Shown: positions 53,095 through 64,000 of the stretch, one piece after another
Numbering within the stretch: position 1 is the stretch's first letter
Layout of the letters: each line of letters starts with the position of its first letter
Source of the DNA: the human T2T-CHM13v2.0 reference genome, Homo sapiens
Assembly: GCF_009914755.1 (NCBI RefSeq)
Contig: NC_060932.1
Strand: one strand, 5' to 3'
DNA: 64,000 nt
Notes under the pieces: model-generated
The model's input: only the letters and a program-made list of their open reading frames with translations
The model's database searches: none
Told to the model about the DNA's origin: nothing
Program-made: the position numbers and the translations under genes

Positions 53095-53574
53095 TAAGAA
53101 ATAAAATGGATCTAGATCCAGAACCTTAGATTCATAGCTTTCCCAGAACCTCTCGGCTTCTGAGCTAAAGGGAAGGATATTGGTAAGATACTTCAGTATA
53201 AATACTATTAAAGTCAGGCTAAGGAAGGTATTGGTACTAGAAAAACCATACTAGATGTACTCAGTCTAGGGTGCAACATTCCAGGTCTGAAACATACTAG
53301 CCCACTGCTTTTCAAACTACCTGTGCTAAAGGACTAGTTTAATTTGTCACAGACCAACACTAATAAAATAAAAATGGATTGCTAGAAAAAAATAGAAAAA
53401 ACAAAACTACAATCTCAAATTGTTTTAGACTTAACAGATGTGAAATTACGCTTCAATAAATATAATCTATACAAAGTAAAGGTTTGAAAAATTACAGAAG
53501 CTGTACATGGTCATTGATAGTGACTAGATAATGAAGACTTGGTATAACTCATAAGCATAACTAAAAAAGTGGAT

Positions 53575-54490
53575 TTGTGAGACAATCCATAGAACGAGAG
53601 AAAATAGTTGCAAATCATTTGTCTAAGGGTCTAATACCCATAAAATAATTCTTATAACACAATAAAAAGACAACCTAATTTAAAAATGGACAAAGAATTT
53701 CAGTAGACATTTCTCCAAAGATAAATTGCAAATGGTTAATTCAACATAAAAAGATGCTCAACATCTTTATCAGGGAAATCACAAAACAAAACCATAGTGA
53801 GATCCCACTTTATACCCAGTAGGATGACTGTAATCAAACAGACAAGTGTTGGTGAGGATGTAGAGGAAACTGAAACCCTTGTACATTGCTGGTAGGAATG
53901 TAAACTGGTGCAGTTGGTGTGGAATACAATCTGATGGTTTCTCAAAGTTAAACTGTTATGTGACCTAGCAGTTTCACTCCTAGGTATATACTCAAGAAAA
54001 CATGTCCACACAAAACCTTGCACATGAAGGTTCATAGCAGGATTATTTATAAAAGCCAAAAAAGTGTAAATAATCCAATCTGTGATTAATGGATAAATGT
54101 GATATATCGATACAATAATAACAATGGGATGTTATTCAGCCATAAAGGAAATTCTGGCACACACTGCAACATGGAGGAACCTTGAAAACATTATGCTAAT
54201 TGAAATAAATCAGTTGCAGAAGATCGCACATTGTATGATTATATTTACATAAAATGTCCATAAGAGGCAGGCAAATCCAGAGGCAGAAAGTAGATGTGTA
54301 GTTTCCAGGGACTGAGGAAAGATGAATGGAGAGCAACTAATAATGAGTACGGGGTTTGGGATGATAAAAATGTTCTAGAATTAGATAGTGGTGGTGACTG
54401 GACAATATTTGTTAATATACACAAAACCACTCTGTTGTACACTTTTAAAGGGTGAGTCTTACAGTATATGAGTTATATCTCAACCAAAAA
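53575..54490 (+). mobile_element. Old L1 (L1MB-like) 3' fragment
   Basis: L1 ORF2-end and 3'UTR phrases. Confidence 0.8.
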
Positions 54491-55692
54491 AATGAGTGTC
54501 CAGTTTTAATTCCCATGTACACACTTTGAACTGACACTATGTATTGATGTTTAAAGTTTCCAATGTCACAAACAAGCCTGTTTGCTAATTTACCTAATCT
54601 AGGTTATATGGATGAGTTTCACAACACTTGCTCTCTCAATTTCTACACATATTTCATCGTGTAGATAATAGGTTACAAACCAGTAAGCACACTTTAACCA
54701 AACCAAAGACCACACTTTGGAATAGTGTTATTCAAGCCTCTTGCATTCTATGCCACTTTTAAAAAATAAATGCCAACACCATTATGGGGACCGGATCTTG
54801 GGCCATAAATCCTAGTCAATCACACATACTTACAAAGGGTATCAGTAGGAAAAATTGGTATCTTAAAGATTTTTGTTTGATTAGTTATGAAATACTTTTC
54901 TATGTTTTATATTAGATATATAAATTTGGTATGAGGAATACCAGTATCTAACCTAGTTCTACCATATTATGTATTTAATTATAGTTAATATATTAGAAGC
55001 TTATATCTTCTAATTGAATCAAATTCTAAATTTTTATTCCGAAATAATTTCAAACTTACGAAAGAACAAGAGTAGTAGGAAGCCTTTGTCAAGATCTATT
55101 AAGTTCAACATTTACCTCATTTGCTTTACCATTCTATGTTTAGATAACCTTCCTGAATTATTTTGTTACATATATTATGCCCCTTTACCCCTTCATGCAT
55201 TGGTGTGTTTTTCTTAAAAACAAGAATATTCTCTTATATAACCATGATACAGTTATCAAATTTGGGAAATTTAATATTGATGTAATGCTTTTATTTGACA
55301 GTCCATATTTCACTTTTGTCTGTTGTCTCAAATGTCCTTCATGGCATTTTTTTTTTTTTTTTTTTTTTTGCCCAGTATCACATTCAGCATTTAGTTTTCA
55401 CGTCTCTTTAATCTTCATCTTCCCTAATCTGGAACAATTTCTCAGTCTTTTGACATGGAAAAATTTGAAGAGTGCAAGTCAGTTATTTTATAGAATATCC
55501 CTCAATTTTGATTAATTCTTTTTTTTTTTCTTTCACAAACAAGCTGTAGGAGATGTTGAATTCTTTTAACCATTTCCTTATTACTTTTAATCCTAAGGTA
55601 AGCAAGATCAAGGAGAGTTGTAGTCAAAATGCAGATTAGTTTTTCCCTTCTTAAAGCTCTCAGTGGATGTTTACATTGAAAAAATATATATA

Positions 55693-55988
55693 GGCTGGAC
55701 GGTCGCTCTTGCCTGTAATCCCTGTACTTTGGGAGGCCGAGGCGGGTGGATTACCTAAGGTTGGAAGTTCAAGACAATCCTGGCCAACATGGAGAAACCC
55801 TGTCTCTACTAAAAAAAAATAAATAAATACCAAATTAGCCGGGTGTGGTGGTGCATGCCTGTAATCCCAGCTACTCGGGAGGCTGAGGCAGGAGAATCGC
55901 TTGAACCCGGGAGGCGGAGGTTTGTAGTGAGCAGAGATCGTGCCACTGCACTCCAGCCTGGGCGACAAAGTGAGACTCTGTCTCAAAA

Positions 55989-56042
<54 letters not shown>

Positions 56043-56049
56043 ATATATA
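55693..56049 (+). mobile_element. AluS followed by a (TA)n microsatellite
   Basis: A-tail to about 56006, then (TA)n. Confidence 0.94.
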
Positions 56050-56114
56050 GTTACTGCTTAAGATTGATTTTTTTTGGTTCTAATTATCTTTGGCTTTTAA
56101 TTAACAATATGATC

Positions 56115-56420
<306 letters not shown>

Positions 56421-56633
56421 TTATATTAGTTGCTCTTTACCATGGATATCCTAGAGTTAGGTGGATGGTTCCCTTTGCCTCTCATCAGAATTTTTTCTGG
56501 ACCTTAGTTTTCCCATCTGTGAAATGATATCATTAGACTTCTGTCTCTAAAATATAAGGCATTTTTTCACTTACTAAAAATAAGGTTGATTTAAGTCAAG
56601 AGTATTTACTTAAATTGTGCTCATGTTAATTAG

Positions 56634-56813
<180 letters not shown>

Positions 56814-58285
56814 AGCTGATTTCAGTTATAAAGGAGTTACTATCTGGATAAGTTCAAAGAGCTCCTTATTATAAAATACAAACTATTTAATATCAAAATA
56901 AAAAATACCGAGACTCACACTCATACACACACACACACACACGCACACACACATATCACAGTTTTGTTCCTTATGAGTTGAAAAGTCAGGAATAAATTTG
57001 TTGAAAATTATCTGGGGATTCAAAGGAAAAATCTTTGGGTGATTCCCTGATTAGCACTCTGAATGTTTAATTATGAAACTTTGTAGCTATAACTGGAAAA
57101 TTACCTGACTCTTTGTAAGAGTATTAAATACAAAGTGATTTTTCTCTAGAAATGTGACCTGGTCTTTTATAAAGCCCACTCTTAGACCAGGATTATCTAA
57201 TGCCACATCAGAAGCAAACAGGCAAATTTAAACTTGGGCAAGTAATTTCTGTGCCCAATTTGTAAAGGGAATTCCTGAATTTTTTTTTTTTTTTTAATAG
57301 AGGCATGGGTCTCACTGTGTTGCCCAGGCTGGTCTGAAACTTTTGGGCTCAAGCGATCCTCCCAAAACGCTGGGATTACAGTCATGAGCCACCGTGCCCA
57401 GCCTAATTCCTGACTTCTCTATACAGAGTCTTCACTTGATAGGCACTCGTCTGTAGTAACTCAGTTTGAATATCTTTAGAAAATGTTTAGAATTTATTTG
57501 TAACAAGATGGTAAGGAATAAGATTATCCCATATGCATTTCTGTAGAGCAGAATTTGATAGCTTAGTGTTCAATCTTTTTGAAAATAAATGTTTACCTGT
57601 CATCAGATTTAATTAAAATTATACTTAGTAATTGCACTATTACTTAGTTAATTTTTGTTGTATGGAAATATTGGTAGTACTACTTTGGGAACCTGTTACT
57701 GACAATTGATGTCATTAACAAAATGCCTAGTTGGATTAGATGTTTTCATTTTCTAATTTTTTGCTTGTTTAAAATGCACCTTACTTGTTCTGAGATACCT
57801 GGCAAAAGTCTTTACAAAATGTATGGTAATAGAACCAAGGTTAGTAAATATACATAGGCTGGTGGATGAGAGACCATGGAACTGTGTAAATACACTTAAA
57901 TGTTCACACATTTTTCTAGTGTAATTCTTGGATACTTTAAAAAGCAAAACATTGTTCAAATTGTTTTGATTCTGAAAAATCATTCAACTGCTAACTGGCA
58001 ATAAGACTCTAGGCAAGTCGTTTTCCAGATTGTAATTATATGTAGAAACTATTCATCTGCATTCATTTTATTTGCCTGTAAGTTAACATGTTTCCAAAAT
58101 TTAAAAGCCTGGGTCCCCAAAAGAATGTGGAAGTATTAAAATGTATGTAATTATGCAAACATTTTAATGCTATTTTCTGCACTTATTTCTTTTAAATATT
58201 TTATTTAAAATTTTTAATTAACATTTTGTTTGCTTAATGCTTTTGTTATGAATCAATTAAAATTCTTTATTTTATACAACTAAAT
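56814..58285 (+). other. ESCO2: ESCO2 3'UTR (end approximate) with (CA)n 56925-56953 and antisense FLAM 57280-57403
   Basis: PolyA hexamers AATAAA at 56897, 56991 and 57584, ATTAAA at 58256. Confidence 0.7.
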
Positions 58286-58376
58286 CTGATTTTAATTATT
58301 TTATTATGAAAATAGTATATGTTAAATAAAATTCAGATAATACAGAAATAGAGATTGCCAAAAGAAGAGGCTTCCC

Positions 58377-58688
58377 GGCCGGGCGCGGTGGCTCACGCCT
58401 GTAATCCCAGCACTTTGGGAGGCCGAGGCGGGTGGATCATGAGGTCAGGAGATCGAGACCATCCTGGCTAACAAGGTGAAACCCCGTCTCTACTAAAAAT
58501 ACAAAAAATTAGCCGGGCGCGGTGGCGGGCGCCTGTAGTCCCAGCTACTCGGGAGGCTGAGGCAGGAGAATGGCGTGAACCCGGGAGGCGAGCTTGCAGT
58601 GAGCCGAGATTGCGCCACTGCAGTCCGCAGTCCGGCCTGGGCGACAGAGCGAGACTCCGTCTCAAAAAAAAAAAAAAAAAAAAAAAAA
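58377..58688 (+). mobile_element. AluYb8-type young Alu
   Basis: Diagnostic 7-bp duplication GCAGTCC-GCAGTCC, GATCATGAGG, AACAAGGTG; CpGs intact; 17-bp TSD AAAAGAAGAGGCTTCCC. Confidence 0.95.
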
Positions 58689-58999
58689 GAAGAGGCTTCC
58701 CTTAATCCTGCTTTGAGTTTAGTGCTTATTACTTTAGAATAACTAAATACATATGCAGTTATTTTGCATCTTGCCTCACTTCAGTATGTCTTAGATATGT
58801 TGTATTTCAAGAACTATTTCTATTTTAAATATTTAGCATGATTTGCTATTGATACTGTTGTCTTGGTTGGGTGTTTTTTGTTTGTTTGTTTGTTTTGTTT
58901 TTAAGTATAACACATACAAGAAGCAAGTGCACTGAGATGGTCTCAAAGCAATGATACCCTAATGGCAATGAGCACACCTACCACCCAGATCTTGGTTGG

Positions 59000-59302
59000 T
59001 TTCTTTCTTTTTTTCCCCCGCCCTGGGCTGAAGTGCAGTGGTACAAACACGGCTCACTGCAGCCTCGACCTCCCAGGTTCAAGTGATCTTCCCGCCTGAG
59101 CTCCCTAAGTAGCTGGGACTACAGGTGTGTGTCACCACGTCTGCTTAATTTTTGTATTCTTTTTTTAGTAGAGACAGAGTGTCACCATGGTGCCCAGCCA
59201 GTCCTTAAGCTCCTGAGGCCCTTGAGCTCCTGAGCTGAAGTGATCCTCCCACTTCAGCCTCCCAAAGTGCTGGATTATAGGTGTGAGCCACGGCACCCAG
59301 CC
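59000..59302 (-). mobile_element. AluJ inserted in an old L1 3' fragment (about 58940-59415)
   Basis: TSD AGATCTTG. Confidence 0.88.
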
Positions 59303-59414
59303 AGATCTTGCTTACTAATACCTTCTTCCACAAAAGGACCTGGGGCTCTTTGGAGAAATGGCTCATTCTAGGGATAGGGCAATGAATGTACAAGATGAGC
59401 CTAGATCACCTTGT

Positions 59415-59670
59415 ACATCCCCCCTTATCTGCAATTTCGCTTCCCACAGTTTGTTACCAAAAATATTGCATGGAAATTTCTAGAAGTAAGGAATTCATAA
59501 GTTTTAAATTGCCCACCATTCAGAGTAGCCACAGTGGGGTGATAAGTGCTCAGTTAAGATGGAAAAGGCATTAAATTTGTGGGCAGAAGACATGCACAGA
59601 AACATATTCCTATTGAGGGCAATCAGGTTGAGTACTGTCCATGGTTTCAGGCATTCTACTGGGGGTCTTT
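59415..59670. mobile_element. MER44/Tigger7-type fragment
   Basis: 'cccccttatctgc..tttcgctt', 'ggtttcaggcat..actgggggtctt'. Confidence 0.65.
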
Positions 59671-59987
59671 GTCATAAATTGTGCCAATATATGTGTATGT
59701 CTATTTCTGCCTGTGTATTCTTACTAATTTTATATAGGTTCTATTTATGCTAATACCAGACTGTGTTAATTATAGTATCAATGTTTGCTATAGTATTAGT
59801 ACATGGTCCCACTTTTTTTCTTCGGTCTATTATTGGACTTTGCATTTCCATATACATTTTAGAATCAATTTATTCCACAAAAAGCTACCAACAACAAAAA
59901 AGCCTGTTGGGATTTTATTGGAATTGTGTCAGATCTATAGATCAATTTGGGAGGACTGATTTTTAGACTTGCTCAAGTATTGGATAC

Positions 59988-60286
59988 TTTCTTTTTTTTT
60001 TTTTTTTTTAGACGGAGTTTTGCTCTTGTTGCCCAGGCTGGAGTGCATTGGCACTATCTTGGCTCACTGCAACCTCCACCTCCCGGGTTCAAGCTATTGT
60101 CTGCCTCAGCCTCCAGTAGCTGGGATTCCAGGTGCATGCCACCACGCCCAGCTAATTTTGTATTTTTAGTAGAGACGGGGTTTTACCATGTTGGCCAGGC
60201 TGGTCTTTAACTCTTGACCTCCAATAATCCACCCACTTCAGCCTCCCAAAGTCCTGGGATTATAGGCATGAGCCAGTATGCCCAGC
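59988..60286 (-). mobile_element. AluS
   Basis: Full antisense Alu. Confidence 0.93.
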
Positions 60287-61109
60287 TGTTACTTTTTTTT
60301 AAGCCATTGGGAAAAGTGTTTTAAGTTACATCTTGTTTGCTGATATATAAACTACAAGTTTTCTGTTTTGACTTTGTATTCACAATCTTTCTAAACTTAA
60401 TTAATTCTAATTTATCTATTTCTATCTACATAATATCTGTGAATGAGTTTTCTTTTAGAATCTTACAGCTTTTTTGTTCTTACAATATTGCATTTCTAAG
60501 ATTGCCAGTCTAGTACAGTGTTGAATAAAAGCAATGGTAGGGGGCATATTTGTTTCATTGCTGATAATAGGTAAAGTTTTCAACATTTTACTATTAAATA
60601 TAAGGTTTATAGTTTCTTTGTAGATAAATTTCTAATATTAAGGAAGTTCCTCTGTCTATTCCTAGGTTTCTAGGAAGCTCTCAAACATCTTGAACAGATA
60701 CTCAGATTTTATAAAAAGTCTTTCTTCTATCTTTGGAGATGATTTTGATTTTTCTTTATTGTTAATATGGCGGTTACATTGTTCTTTGAATGTTAAAGCA
60801 ATCTAGCCTCCCTGAACTAAATAAACCAAACCCAATTTGGTCTTGATGTTTTTCTTTTTAATGTTATTGGCTTCAGTGAACTAGTTTTCTTTTGGACTTT
60901 TCATGTGTTCTTGAATAAGATTGGGTATCTGTAGGATCTGTAGTAAAGGTTTTTTCATTCATGACATGTCTTTTTTCTCCACAGATGAGTTTTGCCTAGG
61001 GGTTTATCAATTTTGTTAGTATTTTTGAAGATTGGCATTGTTAATCCTATCATAGGTTTGTTTTCTATTTCCTGTAAGTTTTAATTTTTTCCCCCCATTG
61101 GAAGGGAGG

Positions 61110-61442
61110 TACTATGGTCTGAATGTGTTCTACCAAAAATTGTATGTTGAAACCCTGTCCCCCAAGATGATGTAATACCATCGTAAGTAGTGTCTTTAGG
61201 AAGGTGAATGGGTCATGATGGTGGAAGGAACCCTTAGGGATTAATGCCCTTATAAAAATAGAGGGTCGGGGAGCTCCCTTGCTCTGTCCACCATGTAAAG
61301 ACACAGCCAGAAGGTGCCTTCTATGAGGATGCCCTCACCAGATACCATCTTGATCTTGGACTTCCTAGTCTCTGGAACTATGAGAAATTTCTGTGGTTTG
61401 AGGCACCTCGTTTATGGTATTTTTGTTATAGTAGTCTAAGAC
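61110..61442 (+). mobile_element. MaLR solo LTR (MLT1A-like)
   Basis: 'tatggtctgaatgtgt', 'cttgatcttggacttcc', 'tatggtatttttgttatag'. Confidence 0.8.
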
Positions 61443-61773
61443 GGGAGACTTGTTTTGTTTTTCCCAAATTCTTAGCTGATATATATAGCATTTTTTTATA
61501 TATAGTTTTTATATGTAGCATTTGTCTAGTTTAAAATCCTTTCTAATTTTTATTCTAATCAACAGATTGTAGAAGATTAAATAGGTACCAGGAGACATGA
61601 AAGAATCATCTTCAACATTTCTCAAGTAGCTGCTGATTATCTCCTTTTATGGAGGCATAACAAGCTCCTGGAGGCTTCTACAGATTCTAAAGGGAAAGAT
61701 TTCCTGGGAGGTGAGAAAGCCACTTGAGAGAAGGCTATTTTGATTTACTAATTAATTCAGTGTAAAGGTAGTC

Positions 61774-62076
61774 CTGGGCACGGTGGCTCACGCCTATAAT
61801 CCCAGCAGTTTGAGAGGCCTAGACAGAGGTTGCTCAGGAGTTCCAGAGCAGCCTGAGCAACTTGGTAAAACCCTGTCTCTACAAAAAATAAAAAAAAAAA
61901 AATTAGCCAGGTGTGGTGGCACACACCTGTGGTCCCAGCTACTCGGAGTGGGAGGCAGAGGTGCAAGGATCACTTGTGCCTGGGAGGTTGAGACTGCAGT
62001 GAGCCATGATTGCCCCACTGTACTCCAGCCTGAGTGACAGAGCAAGACCCTGTCTCAAAAAAAAAAAAAAAAAAAG
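61774..62076 (+). mobile_element. AluJ
   Basis: Diverged Alu. Confidence 0.88.
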
Positions 62077-62426
62077 CCCTCAGCCAAGTCACATGTTGCT
62101 CTTTTGAGAATGAGGCAAATGTCCAAAAAGATAACATCTGAGACTTAGAGCAAGTTCTAGAACAAGAATAAAAAAAATTTTCTTCCAGTTGGTAGCAGAT
62201 TGTCTGCAATCTTGTGTTGAGGATTTCTAGGACCTCACCAGACTCAAGGGGCAGTGCATGCTGGGATTATTTTGTAATGTCTACCATAGACAAGGGCTGT
62301 GAATTTGCTGGTCTTGTCCTTGGTATTAGTTTATTCCTATTAGATATCTCAACTGTAGGAAGTGGAAATAAATTTCTCAATGAAAAGCAATGGCTTATGT
62401 ATTAAAGAGCCAATTCAAGAAAGATC

Positions 62427-62459
62427 CAGTTCCTGCTTTAAGTCTTAAAGCAGGAACTG
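62427..62459. repeat. Perfect 16-bp inverted repeat with 1-nt spacer
   Basis: CAGTTCCTGCTTTAAG-T-CTTAAAGCAGGAACTG. Confidence 0.97.
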
Positions 62460-62994
62460 CTATTCCTGCTAGGAAAAGAATGCCCTGGAGAAGCTGCTCT
62501 GTTGGCTTGGCAAAGAAGAGTGACACATGTCAGAGTGAGGATAAGAGACCCTATTGAGTATCAGGATGCAAAATTATACATACGTTTTTCTACAAATTAA
62601 GACAACTTCCAATTTACTTGTCACATTATTTTGATGGAATATATGCAAATTAATGTTGTGTCCTATTGCTTGGTACAATCTTATACCAAAAGGCCTTCAG
62701 TGATTTCTAGGCATTTTTAAAGTTCAGAGTGCAGTTGTTCCTAATGTTTCTGAGAACGCCCTGTGTCGGTAATTTTTAAAATTCTGTCTACACCCAAATG
62801 TAGGTATACCACCTACATTGGCAATTCAGTAATTTGGAAAATTCCCAGGGGACTGTGGCTTACAGAAACTACTGATCCAAAACACTTTATAGATTAGCAA
62901 AATAAGGCCAAGAGAGGGAAAGAAACCTCACATTTACTCAAGTTTAATGACAACACTCAAATCAATGAAGTATAAAATAATGCTGAGACACCTT

Positions 62995-63676
62995 CTGGTA
63001 CCCAAAGTGTCCTTTATTCTTTATCATCCTATTTGAGTTTTATTGTTTTTACACAGCTGGGAAATGCTTAAGGTACAAATTAATAAATTTTAAACTCAGT
63101 ATGGAAAATACATTTAATAAATTAAAGCAAAAACCAAAGATCTGAGGAGATCCAAGAGATCAAGACAATCTGTAACCAGAGTCTGAAGTATCCAAGGAGC
63201 TACTCTTTTTGAGGCATATTCTCCTCAGCTTCCAGTTATCATTTGATAAACACATCAGCAAAAGGTTCAGTGTTTTAAACAAATGTAGACTTTATTTTGT
63301 ACTGTACAAAGTGCTAATGTCAGTAGATCCATTAAAATATAGAATATTTAAGAAAGATCATTAATAAAAGTAATGGTCATTCAATTTAATGTTACAGTTT
63401 ACAGCGTTTTACTGCTAGTGTTTTAAGTCAGCATGAGCAGTATCAAAGTACTTATGTAGCTAGTTTCTAAAACTTTACAGAAAACCCAGTACAATTCCAA
63501 GTGCTTATAGCCAATATAAGCATATTTCATATTAGAAATAGTTATCCATATGTTAACAAGAAACTATGGTCCTCAAATATGCCAATTTTAGAGTCTAATA
63601 ACTACTGATAGTAACTATGTAAATATTTTGGAATAAACAGTTATTTACGCAAGCCACACTTCAGCTGAGATGATCA
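62995..63676 (-). other. PBK: PBK 3'UTR (end approximate)
   Basis: Follows the TAG; minus-strand AATAAA at 63291-96, 63039-44 and 63013-18. Confidence 0.75.
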
Positions 63677-63873
63677 CTAGACATCTGTTTCCAGAGCTTC
63701 AACAATGTGTGCAGCAGAAGGACGATCTTTAGGGTCTTCATTAGTGCATACAGAGAAGAGTTCAATTACTTTCTGGTATGATTCATCCAGTTCTTCCATA
63801 TTAATAGGTGGCCTAGTTCCCAACGCTGCATAGTATGCTTCATCATCAAAATCACTTTCATCAAAAGTTTTAT
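63677..63873 (-). CDS. PBK: PBK/TOPK last coding exon [65 protein letters not shown]
   Basis: Kinase subdomain XI (DPKDRPSA) and PDZ-binding ETDV C-terminus; acceptor AG at 63874-75; absent from the ORF track. Confidence 0.97.
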
Positions 63874-64000
63874 CTTGAAGGAGTTAGAGATTGAAACAAT
63901 AAACAAAATCACTTTATGTCATGGAAAAGTTTAATAGCTCACCCTTCTCCTGAAACAAGAATTTATGGTCCAGTATGCTTTCCATTCTGCCACAGACAGA

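Noticed and set aside
53163-53236. Imperfect direct repeat GCTAA..GGAAGG.TATTGGTA
   Set aside because: Two copies only, no insert hallmarks.
61590-62420. Apparently unique, coding-like sequence between ESCO2 and PBK
   Set aside because: No sustained ORF; short stretch at 61713-61750 resembles a decayed CR1/L3 endonuclease region, so likely an ancient LINE (low confidence).

Overview
Human genomic DNA, recognisable from the translated exons as the 8p21.1 CCDC25-ESCO2-PBK locus. CCDC25 is on the minus strand: coding exons 1-7 lie at 25910->1453 and its last exons fall left of the window. ESCO2 is on the plus strand, divergent from CCDC25 by about 2 kb, and is complete: 11 exons, 1806-nt CDS, 601 aa, and a ZNF143/CCAAT/CDE-CHR promoter. 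PBK converges on ESCO2, and only its terminal exon and 3'UTR are in the window. I checked every coding exon boundary for GT-AG and phase continuity. The rest is repeat-rich: about 25 Alus (one a young AluYb8), old L1 fragments, MaLR/ERV solo LTRs, nested Tigger-type DNA transposons, and U6 and U13 small-RNA retrocopies. Almost all ORFs in the supplied track are Alu/L1 or chance frames. I found no new multi-gene system. The best leads are a perfect-consensus second 5' splice site after CCDC25 exon 2 that exactly mirrors the length and phase of exon 3, candidate intronic polyadenylation in ESCO2 and CCDC25, a 215-bp orphan insert inside an Alu, repeated retro-insertion into the same target sites, and a perfect 33-bp palindrome between ESCO2 and PBK. 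Repeat subfamily names and known-variant names are from memory, not from a database search.
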